NCBI GenBank assembly: GCA_964016885.1
Contig: OZ024756.1
Location: forward strand, 27,156,001 to 27,220,000
Length of the DNA: 64,000 bases
Reading direction: 5' to 3'
DNA from: Eledone cirrhosa
Taxonomy: Eukaryota
The position numbers and the translations under genes are program-made. Positions 26,730 to 40,276 of the stretch are shown here, piece by piece. The number at the start of each line of letters is the position of its first letter. The stretch's first letter is position 1. The notes under the pieces were generated by a model. The model was not told where the DNA came from and ran no database searches. It saw only the letters and a list, made by a program, of their open reading frames with translations.

Positions 26730-28618
26730 CTATTATTAAAAAAAACAAAAAAACAAAACATAAGCAAATTCTTACAAAGCTAATGTCATTCTCTTCTTCA
26801 CAGAATTTGTTAAATTTTGAAGAGATGGAAATGTGATTAGTTTTGGAATTGCAATTGTTTTTGTTTTATATAAATACATTCAATACGCATTCAGTAATTT
26901 GTCTTAAATCATAATATTTAGTCTCTATTTTTTTAATTGAAGCATCCAGCAACAATTATATACATTTATATATAACTACAAAGGTATATGCATACAAACA
27001 TATATGTATGCATAATAGACTATTCTCTAAATGAAAAAAGTGATTGGTGCAGTACATAACGCACGTGCAGGCGTAGGATGAACACAGAACAAATGGATTT
27101 TCCATCAGAATAACAAAAGGGAAGCAGGAAACAGTAACAAAAGGAAAGAAGGAATTTGCCATTTTGAAGAGAAGCAGTGTGCGATAGAGGCAGTAGGGTT
27201 ATGATGCCAATGTGTATAGACAGCATGGAAGAGAAAAGAACAAAGGAAATTATCGTGAAACAACTTATGGAAAATAAAACCAGATAGGGTGAAATTCCTC
27301 CTGAAAGCGAAACATGATGTGTTCCAAACCTGAACTGATAAAACCCGATTCTTGTTTTTATCGTGTCCACAAGAGTGTCAGTTACAAAGCTTGGCTAGAT
27401 GTGGTTCTGCCACAGCTGAACACATTGCTGTCCTTTCTCATTGAACTCTGCCAAGTCCAATGCTGTGCAGCGGTGTTCCAGCAGGGGCCATATCAGGAGG
27501 TGGTGTGTAGTCTATGGTTCGATGTCGCAATCATACAACATCCCCATCCTTTAAATATCCCCATTTCGCAAGATTGACTTTTGCACCTCCAACACCAGAT
27601 CTTAATCTGTTTAGGCATTTTCACATTTCATAGTTTGTATCTGCTCCGGGGGTCAGTGCCCCACTCGCCTTTAGCTCCATTGTTGTTACAGATGGGAGGT
27701 TGTTAAGTTTTTCTTCCCAGCGAGTGACTCTTTCACTACTTATGCTAGGGGCGTGACGCTCTTTTAGAAACTTTTCTTGGTTTTAAGGCAGCTTTTGGCT
27801 GGCATATGACACGATGAGGTTGAGTTGACATTGTTGATTGTCATCATGCATATACATTTATACAATGTCAAACTTCAAAGACGTTGATTGCTCTACCATA
27901 TCTCATAGTCAGATATTCTAGTATTGATGTCCGGCATATAGGTACTGCAACACATGACAAACCTATTATAGCTGAAGCTATAAATGATGATGATAAATGT
28001 ATTATATTGAGTACACACACACGCACACACGCGCGCGCGCACACACACACATATTATTCAAGTGAAGAAAATTGGTTGATCAGATAATCCACCGACTTTA
28101 GACGTTAACAGACGTAAAGCACTCTTCGACTTGTATACCTTAAAGAATTATCAATAAGGTATCAACTCGAGTGTCAATAAATAAAGATGAGAGATGGTTT
28201 TATATATACATCCTCTGTTTATTATATAATCCTGTTATACGTATTTCGAAGTTGTATATTTAAAACTGTCTCTCTTCTTTATAATATATATATATATTGA
28301 AAGGGCATGAACTTAGCCGTCATGGTCCCTTGGAGAAAAAAACGATTATTAGGAAGAAAAATATTTTGTTTCCTTTATTTTTTCTGGGTTTTTTCTGGGT
28401 TAGAAAATGTTTAAAACAAAATATTTAACTTGGTGTGAAATGTTAAGGTATTTGTTAATTTATATATATATACATATATATATAGCGGTGTCACCATTTA
28501 GCGGTGTCACCATTTAGCGGTGTCATATATATATATATATATATATACCTATATATGACACCGCTAAATGGTCAGTTATGTCTAGTTCACAACCAAAAGT
28601 ATTTAATCTATTACTTAC

Positions 28619-28726
28619 CATCTAATATGCTTGATTCTGATTCTATCTGCCAATATGTATTACCGGAAGTTGATGGTGACATAGTCTTCGGGTGGTGCTG
28701 GTCCATGACCCGAATACGAAAATGAA
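28619..28726 (-). CDS. ITPR: ITPR-like exon: VHFRIRVMDQHHPKTMSPSTSGNTYWQIESESSILD
   Basis: ctcttcag / gtaagt; like 'VFLRTT...TSSKALWEVE'; 108 nt. Confidence 0.9.
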
Positions 28727-29209
28727 CTGAAGAGGGAACATGGAAATGAAACGTAGGTGAGGTGAGTACATTTACAATAAGAACGTACATGGGTGTACCC
28801 GAATTATTAATTAATTCTATCGTGCAATGCCTGTGCGTGAAGATATTTTTTAAAGTGAGGAAAGACTGTACACTGAGCCAATCCCACTCTCTGAGCGACA
28901 GTAGCTATAACCCGTAAAGAAGAAAAGATCAACATCATCGGTAACTACTGAGCCACAGGTTTTATATCGGAGTTATCCCAGTTTCCTGAGTTGCCTTCTT
29001 CTAGAAGAATGCCCTCACAAAGGCTAGGGGTCCTTCATTCCCAGTGGTTTAACAAATTTAAATACACTCACACACACACACACACATATATATGCATTCA
29101 CACATACATATATGAGAGAGAGAGAGACAAAGATACACACATACATACACACACTCACACGCACAGATACATGTATACATACGCACAGAAACTTATACAA
29201 ATGACATAC

Positions 29210-29297
29210 CATTTTCTGTGATAATCTCATCAAACAGACCTTCAGCAACAAGATAAGCTTCCAGTTCTTTGTGGAATAATCGAATCACAGATCCTCC
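29210..29297 (-). CDS. ITPR: ITPR-like exon: GGSVIRLFHKELEAYLVAEGLFDEIITEN
   Basis: tgaag acceptor / gtatgt; like 'GGDVVRLFHAEQEKFL'; 88 nt. Confidence 0.9.
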
Positions 29298-30289
29298 CTT
29301 CATTAGAAAATTTAGTTTAAAGATGGAAGAAAAGAAAAAAAAAACAAGAGAGAAATACATAAATACAAGATTTGTTTCAATAAGAAATTTGAAGAAGTTT
29401 TCCTAAAATATTATAACATTTTTTTTTTTTTAGAAATAAATGACGGAATGTAAGAACGAACAAATGGCTCAATAGATGAATACAGTATGTGTGTTAAGAA
29501 TGTTAGCAATTTACGTAACAGATGTCCGACATTATATGTTTTGGTCTTCTGTACACACAATCTCACCCACTTAAATACCTAGTTTTATATATATATATTA
29601 TACGTACGGATTAAAGTTTAAGCAAAGAATCGCTGCTTTCACCCTTAACAGGATCTTCTGAAGATGCCATTAAGGGTGAAAGTAGCGATTCTTTGTTTAA
29701 ACTTTAATCTGTACTTACAATAAATATTTACTCTATGGGTTTTTAGATATATATATAATCCTTATCGAGCCCTTTTCGGATTTTAGTCTTCACATTTATT
29801 ATTATTACTATATATATGTATATATATATACAGTGTACCCCCAGCATTCGCGGTCCCGTTTATTCGCGGAATTTTCCTCAGAACCTATCTAATATAATTG
29901 TTCGTGGTAACTACCGCATATTTGCGGGAGTGTAAATATCTTCCGCGAATTTTTATGGCTTTTTTCGTGGCAATATATACTTTTTTAACGCTAAATTATT
30001 AATAATATACCGTATTTGTCGGCCTATTGGACGCTTCTTCTCATAAAATGCTCCTTCTTTTTTTTTTTATTATAGTTTACGTTAAATTTTGACGCTTTTA
30101 GGCATTTTTATGGACCATGTCCAATATTCGCCGGGAGCTCTAGGAACGCAGCCCCTGCAAAATAAACTTTGCCTTTCATCTTTACGGGGTCGATAAACTA
30201 AAGCACCAGTAATGTACTGGGATAATTGCTGGCCTTGTGCCAAAAGTAGAAACAATTATATATCCAAATAGACAATGAAAACAACTCAC

Positions 30290-30377
30290 CCGAACAAATC
30301 TATTGTCTTCCAAATCTTCTCTGTAGCAACCAACCAGTGTAAAACTAGATTTTTCCACTCCCAGATTCAGTTCTGAA
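30290..30377 (-). CDS. ITPR: ITPR-like exon: (G)SELNLGVEKSSFTLVGCYREDLEDNRFVR
   Basis: ttctacag / gtgagt; phase 2 in, 0 out; 88 nt. Confidence 0.88.
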
Positions 30378-30662
30378 CTGTAGAAAATAATTGGTGGAAC
30401 TATTAGTGAATCAGTGACAAGGAAAGGAGAGTCAATTATATATAAATGAAAGAGGGGAAAATGCAAGGTCGGGAAAGCATAGGACAACAAAATGGAATGC
30501 GACATTTATTTCCATCCATATATATATATATATATATATATACGATATTAAATAAATGGAAACTATATTTATAAAACCATATTTATTTCATTATATATAT
30601 TTCAGGGATATCATATTAACAATATGTTATGCCTTCCTCAGACAAAATACAATATAAACAGT

Positions 30663-30724
30663 TTTTGTCTGAGGAAGGCATAACATATTGTTAATATGAT
30701 ATCCCTGAAATATATATAATGAAA
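30663..30724 (+). ncRNA. Hammerhead ribozyme-like motif in palindrome 30541-30769
   Basis: CTGAGGA-aggcataacatatt(gtt)aatatgatatccct-GAAAT-atat-ATA; mirror copy on minus strand. Confidence 0.55.
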
Positions 30725-30853
30725 TAAATATGGTTTTATAAATATAGTTTCCATTTATTTAATATCGTAAATATACTCCAAATACTTGTTGAGTGCTTTT
30801 ATATCAGTTATAAATATTTACTCGTTGTAACCCAACAATTTAAATATAACTTT

Positions 30854-30913
<60 letters not shown>

Positions 30914-30990
30914 AGTATATTTGATAATATACTGTATGTTTATTTTAAAACATTTTGAAGACCATTCGCTATGAGTTTTAAAGTAGTGAC

Positions 30991-31055
<65 letters not shown>

Positions 31056-31096
31056 AAGAACACAAGAGCGTCTACAACATCAAAAGATTTTTATTG

Positions 31097-31141
31097 GCTT
31101 ACAATGTTTCTTCCTTACGTAACCGTAGGATTCGTCAGAGC
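31097..31141 (-). ncRNA. Minimal type I hammerhead ribozyme
   Basis: minus: gct-CTGACGA-a-tcctacg(gtta)cgtaagga-a-GAAAC-att-GTA-agc. Confidence 0.65.
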
Positions 31142-31213
31142 TATAAAAGGGGTTTGATTGGTGTTATGGACTCTACCAACCAAACATTCAAGAACAAAGA
31201 GTAAAGAGAGTAA

Positions 31214-31293
<80 letters not shown>

Positions 31294-31546
31294 CAGAGTT
31301 TTGTAGCTTGCTGAAGTATTGTTTAATAGGAATCAGAAATTTTAATTTTGAAGACCAATGCAATGCGTTATGGTTAAATTTGTTAAGGTAAGATTCTTTT
31401 ATTATCTTGGCAATTTAACATTCTTTATAACGCATTGTGTTGGTCTTAAACATTTAAATTTGTGTTTTATATATATATGTTTTACATGTGTTTACGACTA
31501 AAGTCGGTAGATTATTTGATCAACCAACTTTTCAACTTTTCTTTAG

Positions 31547-31593
<47 letters not shown>

Positions 31594-31773
31594 GATATTA
31601 ATAAAAGGAAACTATATTTATAAAACCATATTTATTTCAGTATACACATTTCAGAGATACCACATTAAATTTATTAATATCGTATATCTACTCCAAAAAT
31701 TTGTCGAGTGCTTTATATCAGTTATAAAAATATTTACTTGTTGTATCCCAACAATTTTAAATAGCACTTTTGC

Positions 31774-31861
<88 letters not shown>

Positions 31862-31863
31862 CA

Positions 31864-31945
31864 GTTGGCAGGTGAACAGTGAACTGTACTGATGAAGGGT
31901 GTTACCCAGAAACATTAGTGTCTGCAGTTCTGTTTACATGCCAAC
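31864..31945 (+). ncRNA. Type I hammerhead ribozyme with long bulged stem I
   Basis: gttggca-g-gtgaaca-gt-gaactgta-CTGATGA-a-gggt(gtt)accc-a-GAAAC-attagt-GTC-tgcagttc-tgtttac-a-tgccaac. Confidence 0.8.
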
Positions 31946-32059
31946 ACAAGAGCAAGAATGAGGGGCTCATTCTACTGACATGGCTTTAAAAATGAGGCTT
32001 GTTTGCATAATTGCAAACGAATCGAATATTATTATTAATATTCGAAAAAGTCAGATTAG

Positions 32060-32137
<78 letters not shown>

Positions 32138-32460
32138 GAATAATCGAGTATCGAAAAATCGGCGCACGAGTTCACGATAAACAAAATTCGATATGAGTGG
32201 CAGAGGGCTCAATAATTCAGATAAATCAGAGCTATAACTATCGTTAAAATACCAACACACATAGATCATGTCTAAAATCAACCATACGACCGAAAAATTA
32301 CGATCTGGAAGATTCGGGTATATATATATATAATTTGTGACTTTATGTTACTTGTAAAATGTCCATACAGCTGTATATAGCAGATGCATTAGTATATTTT
32401 TACATTGTTCTAGTAGCGGCCTAAATTGATATAAAACTCTGTGAAAAGAAGTTTGCTCAC

Positions 32461-32558
32461 CCTTCAGAATTACAATCGATCTGGAACCTGTCACTGGCAT
32501 GGAAGAAATGTCCTGGGGATTTAACACTTTCAAATACAATTTGATCAAATAGCTGAAC
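32461..32558 (-). CDS. ITPR: ITPR-like exon: VQLFDQIVFESVKSPGHFFHASDRFQIDCNSE
   Basis: ttgtag / gtgagc; phase 0 in, 2 out; 98 nt. Confidence 0.88.
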
Positions 32559-32630
32559 CTACAATAACAATTATATATATATATGTGTATAAGATAAATA
32601 TAAGAACACATCTATAATGGAACCTTTACA

Positions 32631-33256
<626 letters not shown>

Positions 33257-34082
33257 GTCGAGATCCCAGACCTCATTCGTTTAAGGAGTGGAGTAGAGCT
33301 TGTCAAATCGGACAGAGGAAACAATGTTTCCATTGGTCTTTCCAATTGTTAATACTATCTGCCGGTGGCAAATCCAGACAGAAGGAGCAACGTAAAATAA
33401 AGTGTCTTGCTCAAGGACATAACACATCGCCCAGTCTGGGAATCAAAATCACAACCACATGGTTGCGAATCCAATTCTCTAACCACTCAGCCACGCGCCT
33501 TCAATATAAATTTTTTTTTTCTCATGACAGGCTGAACCCAACGAAACTTGAGTACCTGTTTATGTCACTGTTTTAATTATTTATACTAAACTCGTCCTAT
33601 GGACTGAGTGCTCTTACTCTTGGATATTTCCACTTAACCTTTACTTCTACGTGTAAGCTATTTCTTTAACCTGCTTTTCACAAAAGCAACAGTTGTTTAG
33701 CCCCAGGTCTGTACTAATCTCGAAAACATATGATCAAAATTATGATCTTCTTGTCTTTTTCTCAGACATCTACAGTACGTATGATGATGTTATCTAATGA
33801 GCATTTGTTGTGGTTGTTGCAGACCAGCCTTGACCCAAGAGGCCAGCAAATCGAGAGCAATCAGACCATTGCAGCCTATCTCCTATTCAGACACAATGTA
33901 TCAAAGATTATGCTTTCTAATATATCCCCTTCTTCTCTCCAAGTAAACAGATTGTATTTGTAGCAAAAAATGTTCCCCCTTTGGTGCATGTGTCAACGCT
34001 TTCTCAGAAACAGTTGAGCCAAGCTGTTCAAAATCCAAACAGTGTTGAGAGAATGAAAGGTCAGATGTCTTTGTTAACATAC

Positions 34083-34163
34083 CACTTCTCCTTCTGACTT
34101 CACTTTGTATCTGGGCAAAATACGGAACTGTGCATTCTTGGCGTTGAACTCATTTAATGAAAC
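34083..34163 (-). CDS. ITPR: ITPR-like exon: VSLNEFNAKNAQFRILPRYKVKSEGEV
   Basis: ctttcag / gtatgt; like 'WFYIQPFYKLRSIGD'; 81 nt. Confidence 0.9.
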
Positions 34164-34604
34164 CTGAAAGTAAAATAAAATGTGGTGACGATATATTTGT
34201 TTTGTAGCATTTTTAAAATAAAATTGTGTGTTGAAACATATTTTGTTATATTTGGGAAGGGTGATGTTGTCCTAATATTGTCAATAATTAGGACAATTGT
34301 TTCTACTTTTGGCACAAGGCCAGCAATTACCCAGTACATTACTGGTACTTTATTTTATCATAGACCTCGTAAGGATGAAAGGCAAAGTTAACCTCGGCGG
34401 GATTTGAACTCAAATTGTAAAGGGCCGTAACTATGCTGCAAAGCATGGCCTCGGACCCTCTACCGATACTCCCAATCCAACGCCTTTGTCAATAATAATA
34501 ATAATGATTGTTTCTACTTTTGGTACAAGGCCAGCAATTACCAAGTGCATTACTGGTACTTTATTTTATTATAGACCCCCGTAAGGATGAAAGGTAATAC
34601 GTAC

Positions 34605-34682
34605 CATCATATTGTTCTTGTCATGCTGGCTTGTCTGTGTAGTACTCATATGCAAGTATTTGCTGGTGAATAGATGTTTGAG
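34605..34682 (-). CDS. ITPR: ITPR-like exon: LKHLFTSKYLHMSTTQTSQHDKNNMM
   Basis: catttcag / gtacgt; MIR motif like 'LLHLKSNKYL'; 78 nt. Confidence 0.9.
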
Positions 34683-34858
34683 CTGAAATGCAGAATTAGA
34701 GGAGAAATTATAAAGAACAAAGTAAATATATTTACAAATAAATATGTTTTGAAACAGCGAGCGAGTTTGAAATTAGAAATAGAAGCTTTCGCCGTATTTA
34801 GTATGAGTACACCTATTTCAGCGAAGAGTTGACAGGTCTAAGAATATATATATATATA

Positions 34859-35370
34859 CTAGCTGTATTACCCGCGCCTTGCTGCGTTTCACACATTTTT
34901 TTTTGTGTAAGAAAATGATGATTGATTTTAAATCAGTGATGTAATTTATGGAGAAAAACTCTGCATTTCAATATTACTCAATGTAAAATGTAATGCATGA
35001 AAAATTAGAAAACATTATTTTTTTGTAATATATCAAATAAAAATTACATTATTAAATCTTATTCTTATGTTCTTTCTTGTAAATAATTTTTTTCAAAATA
35101 TCAATTCAAAACTTTAGTGAATAGGCATCATATCTTGTCATTTACCTATGGTTTAAATTTCATATAAATCGAAGGGAAAAAAAACTTTCAGTGGGGGTTT
35201 TCAGCGGGGGGTTTGTGGCCAGGGGAACCCTTTGATTAAAATGACATATACTTATCCAAGTACCCTGGGTAATGTAGTTTCAGCATGTATATGGTTATGG
35301 GGGTCTATCTCCAAAACTATAGGAGGAGTTCGTGAACAAACAAACAAACAGACAGGAATACAACTTTATA
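34859..35370 (-). mobile_element. Non-autonomous Helitron-like element
   Basis: Minus 3' end GC-rich hairpin then ctag|t; (TTTG)/(CTGT) tract near the other end. Confidence 0.5.
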
Positions 35371-35377
35371 TATATAT

Positions 35378-36012
35378 GTATACGTACATACATATATGTA
35401 TACAGACGTACAGTAGTATGTATATATATACACACATGCATACATATATATATATATATATGAACGTATTGGTTTACCGAACATTTATTATAATGCTAGG
35501 TTTGTTTGTTTGTAAACAAACAAACAGTCCGAATTACGCCGTACAGTGTTTAGGCAACCACGTCACCTTTTTGTTCAACACTGACACAGGAACGATCTAC
35601 TAGTTTCAACCTTATTAGCTATCGTTGATATGCATAAGGAAAGTATATACTTTCAGACGGTCAACCATCTGGCAGGAAGGTATACGATGCTGACGATAGC
35701 TAATAAGCTTGAAACTAGTACATCGTTCCTGTGTCAGTGTTGAACAAAAAGGTGACGTGGTTGCCTAAACACTGTACGGCGTAATTCGGGCTGTTTGTTT
35801 GTTTACAAACAAACAAACCGAGCATTATAATAAATGTTCGGTAAACCGATACGTGCATGTATATATGTATGCATGTATGTATGTATATATATACATACTA
35901 CTGTACGTCTGTATACATATATGTATGTACGTATACATACATACATACTTACATTTAAGTAAGTGCCGTACTAAGAGTGAGAAATGAAATTTAGTTTCAT
36001 TCTATTCCATTT
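35378..36012 (+). mobile_element. Hammerhead-bearing foldback element
   Basis: Inverted arms ~35378-35625 / 35692-35937; hammerhead at 35685. Confidence 0.7.
35685..35725 (+). ncRNA. Minimal type I hammerhead ribozyme
   Basis: cgatg-CTGACGA-t-agct(aata)agct-t-GAAAC-ta-GTA-catcg; perfect stems I and II. Confidence 0.78.
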
Positions 36013-36042
36013 ATATATATATAGATATAAGGAAATACCTAC

Positions 36043-36129
36043 TTGAACAATTTCTCCATAGCGCACTCTTTTGCCATGCTGGCGCTTTTGTTCTGCGCCA
36101 TTGTCGTTGTTCTCAGCTTCTGCTGCATT
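36043..36129 (-). CDS. ITPR: ITPR-like exon: NAAEAENNDNGAEQKRQHGKRVRYGEIVQ
   Basis: tttctag / gtaggt; resembles IP3R 'AAELEQKQNE...YGNVIQ'; 87 nt. Confidence 0.9.
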
Positions 36130-38005
36130 CTAGAAACAATAGAAATACAAAAGGTAATATATAATACTAGAATGTTTTTCAACACGCTGACGAGCATCTG
36201 TATATGTGTGTGCGTGTGTGTATGTGCATATGCATACATTTATATGTATGAGTATATAAATATAAAGGCGCAAACACAGGCACGCTTACAAAAATACACA
36301 TACATCCACGCAGGCGGCAGTGGTAAAGAGAGAGGAGTAGTATGAGGTAGTCAAACTACTCCTCTTTCTTTACGTGTTGTGACAGAATCACAGAAATTTA
36401 TATATAGATTAGAACTTTTTCAACACACTGACGCGTATGTGTATATGTGCGTGCATATATGTATGTGCATATAGATACATTTATATGTATGAATATATAA
36501 CTATATACGCGCAAACACAGGTACACAAAACTACACATTCACACAAATACACACACACCATAAAGTTCCATTAATCCGATATTTAATACGGCAAATACGA
36601 TATCTGACGTCATTCGTATCATCTGTTTTTATCCTAAGCCCCATCGCTGACCAGCGACTCAACTCCAATACAATAGTGCTTACATCCACGCTGGAAAGAC
36701 CAGAGACCAGCGTCTAAGTATTTTTGAACTGCATTTAGAGAAAATGAGAGATCACAGTTCCGATACTACTGACATGTGGTTAGAATGTCGCAGGAAAGAA
36801 TCGCTGGACAGATTTTACGGGCAAAACCAACCGGCAAGAGACACAGGGGTAGACCATGAGGAAAATGGTTGGATAACATCCATGAGTTTGGCTGGTCACG
36901 CTTGGGAATCCAGCCGGATCAGTTGGAGATGGTTGCTTCTGACAGGACCTGCTGGAAGGAGTGTTTGAGGACTCTGCCCCTACGATCCTCTCAGGAATAA
37001 GTGGGCGAAGAAGAAGAAGAATTTAGTGAAAATGGTTTCTTATGTTAATAAGAGAAACCAAAGATGAAAGACAGGTGTGAAAAGAATTCATATCATTCTT
37101 TTGTTGAACCAGAAAATAAAAATAACATAAAGTTTGAATAGTAGTAAAATTAGGTATGCTATCATGTCTAAATGTAACATTGGTTCTTCAAAAATTTATG
37201 ACAAAAATTCTAGTTAATACATATAATGTTTGATTTAGTAACAACTAAAAGATGTTTATGTACGGTAAACAAGTCAACATTTTAAAACTAGATGCAAAAC
37301 TCTTTTTGAAGTGGCTAAGTGCAAAGCAATTTAAACGTGTGCCAAATGTTAGTGCCAACGTCTAATATATTGCAACAACCTATGAAAGAGCTGAACCAGT
37401 CTATAATTATGATGAGATTCTTGCGCTGGGGGAGGATTATGCGATGTGAAATTAAATAGTGTTTTTTTTATTAAATATTATTAGGCCCTTAAGTTTAAGT
37501 TTAATCAAGCAATTGTTTTAAATTACGTATATATAGTTTAACAAGTGAAGAGATATTAATATTTGTTTCTACTTTAGGCACAAGGCCAGCAATAATCCAG
37601 TACATTACTGGTACTTTATTTTGTCGACCCCGTAAGGGTGAAAGGCAAAGTTAATCTCGGTGGGATTTGAACTCAGACTGTAAAAGGACGTAACTATGCT
37701 AGAAAGCATGGCGTCCAACCCTCTACCGATACTGCCAATCCAAAAGGCAATTATTTTACGTTTATATATTTGATATATATTTAATTTAAGTTTAATATTT
37801 GAAGTGAAGTTAATTCATAGCATGCGTTATTTATTTATCAAACCCTATTAATTTAAGTGCATTCGCCACCATTATAACATCAATACAGATGTTACAGTGT
37901 ACAGAATAGCAGCCAACATTTCGTAAAGATAAATATAGTTATTTTTATGTTAACTCTTTTACTTTTATTATTGCCATTATTATTTTTATTACTATTAAAC
38001 ATGTA

Positions 38006-38254
38006 CGAGAATAGGTTGAAAAGTTCATTGACTGACTATGAAGGAGTGATGCTAGAGCTGTGAAATCTTGCATGCATTAATTTTAACTCTTCTTATTAAT
38101 TGCTTCTTTTTCAACTCTTCTTATTAATTGTTTCTTTTTCAACTCTTCTTATTAATTGTTTCTTTTTTCCAAGGACTATGTTGAAAAATAAACCTCATTT
38201 GGTCGTTCCATGAGAGTATCTTGGTTGACCTATGAACTTTTCAGACGACTCTCG
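38006..38254. mobile_element. Mariner-like MITE with internal 28-bp triplication; decayed copy ~1390-1592
   Basis: TA-cgagaataggttgaaaagttca ... tgaacttttcagacgactctcg-TA. Confidence 0.7.
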
Positions 38255-38989
38255 TATTTATTATCAGGGTGAGGGTTAAAAGGCTTCGAAAAGTGTTTCG
38301 TCTCACGGCGTTCTGAATTCAAATCGTGCTTAGGAAATCTTTACCTTTCACCCTTCTAAGGTCGATAAAGTAAAGTACCAGTCAAAGATTGGGGTCGAAA
38401 AGATCGACTTTCCCATCCCCCACCTCAGAATTTCTGGTCTTGCTCCTTAATTAGAAATCATTGCATGTATTTATACCTTAATTTATCGGTACTTCTCTTT
38501 TCTCTTCTGTATAGCAGTGTAGTTTTGTATTTTTTAATCCGGCATTACCCAGGTCCCAAAACTTACTGCACAATCATTAAAAATAAGATTAACCTCGGTA
38601 TATACATATAAAAGTACTATGCATTTGTTTACTGGAATAGACATACACACATACATACAAACATACATATGTAATAAAACCTTATATACATGCAATAACA
38701 CACACACACAAATATTTACCTAGTTGATGTGGTCTAAATTGCAATGAAAGAGTCTTATTTCTGTTAGAAACCGGCCCTCACTATTGGTGAACATTTATAA
38801 AATGTTAAAACTAGAAGAATATGCAGGATGTATTTATATGACATTTTGTTTTTCCTCTAACTCAGAGGTTCTCAAAGTGGGCGCTACCGCCGCCAAGGGG
38901 CGTTGAGAGGTTCCAGGGAGCGCCGGGGCCTAAGGTGGTGGTAGGTGGTAGAGATGATATAATAGTATATTAGATATCAAATGATACAT

Positions 38990-39190
38990 CTATCTATCTA
39001 AGGCGGGTAAAATTCCCGAGATCCATGGACGAGTTCTCTCCAGCGGTCTCTGTCCCTCATTATCGCTGCCATATCCTGCATCTCCAACAGACCAGTGTCT
39101 GTCCTTAGGACATCAACATATGTTAACCTTGGTCTTCCTCTTCTAGTGTGTCCATGTAGGGGCTCCCAAAGGAGCACTGAGTGCAATGTC
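38990..39190 (-). mobile_element. 5'-truncated LINE (RTE-like) 3' end with (TAGA)n tail and 10-bp TSD
   Basis: LLWEPLHGHTRRGRPRLTYVD...MRDRDRWR; aatgatacat duplicated at 38980-38989 and 39191-39200. Confidence 0.8.
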
Positions 39191-39308
39191 AATGATACAT
39201 ATTATATATAAATATAGTAAAATATAAAATATATAATATTTATTTATACATAGTATATATTATATTATTAACTATATATAAATTAACGATTTTATTTATT
39301 ATATATTA

Positions 39309-39476
39309 CCATATTTCCCGGCACCGAAGACGCTTCGTCCTCGAGGACGCATCCTAATTTTGACAACCAAAAATTTGATAAAAAATGATAAACAACCTTC
39401 GGCCTCTAAGATGCATGGTAGATTTTTTAGAATTATTTTAGGAAAAAAGTAGCGTCATCGACGCCGGGAAATACGG
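39309..39476. mobile_element. Tc1/pogo-type MITE
   Basis: TIR ccatatttcccggc / gccgggaaatacgg, TA flanks. Confidence 0.7.
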
Positions 39477-40245
39477 TATTTTCAACTTGCGTGTAGGTAG
39501 GTCTCTCTGGAAATTGGGCTAGGCTGGAGGGCGCTGAGGGTATTACGTGGCTGTGATGGGGGCAAAAAAGTTTGAGAACCTCTGCTCTAACTCATCTTAT
39601 TTTTTGTATAACGTGCAGTTAGTGTACCACACATCATATGTTATAGCATCGGGCTGCGTACTTAATACCCCGGCAACATAAAACGAAAAGACAAGAAAAT
39701 AATCATTGATTCAAGAACTACAGTAGTCTCTAAAATAACAGTAAGGTTACTCAAGCAATCAGTCAAACAAACAGACAGACATTTCTTAGTAGATAGCCAT
39801 GTTTGATGGCAGTATAGATGATAGAAGTGTGCTCTGTAAGCATATTTCCATAAAAGGACATATACATCAACAAAGTTATTAACACTTCACTTTTGAAGTT
39901 TATCTTGGGGGGTTTGTTTGTTTGTTTGGTGTTATATTCATAAAATATATACAGTAATCAAAGTAAAGTTTCGTTTTAAAATAGCACAGATTTCACGTAG
40001 TGAATGGTAAAGCTTTTGAAATTAATGTAGGCGTAGAAGATTTAGAAGATGCCGACACAAGATATATTGATAAGCAATTGAAAATTTTCCGCCATTACGT
40101 AAAATATTTACACCAGATGGATCATAAACTATAATGGTGTTGTTCATCGTTTCAACACGGCCTTTTATGAAGAATAACTACAGACATATTTCTGAAGAAG
40201 GATATTGTTTTGTTATTAATTAGTTTTTAGAAGAAGAAGACGAAG

Positions 40246-40276
<31 letters not shown>

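Larger units (their letters stand above)
38863..39584. mobile_element. hAT-type MITE with nested insertions
   Basis: TIR cagaggttctcaaa / tttgagaacctctg; 8-bp TSD ctctaact on both sides. Confidence 0.85.

Noticed and set aside
27030-27790. Possible old LINE remnant; also 15850-16290, 47673-48530 (hAT-like end), 50480-50700
   Set aside because: Too decayed to assign by eye; would need BLASTX or RepeatMasker.
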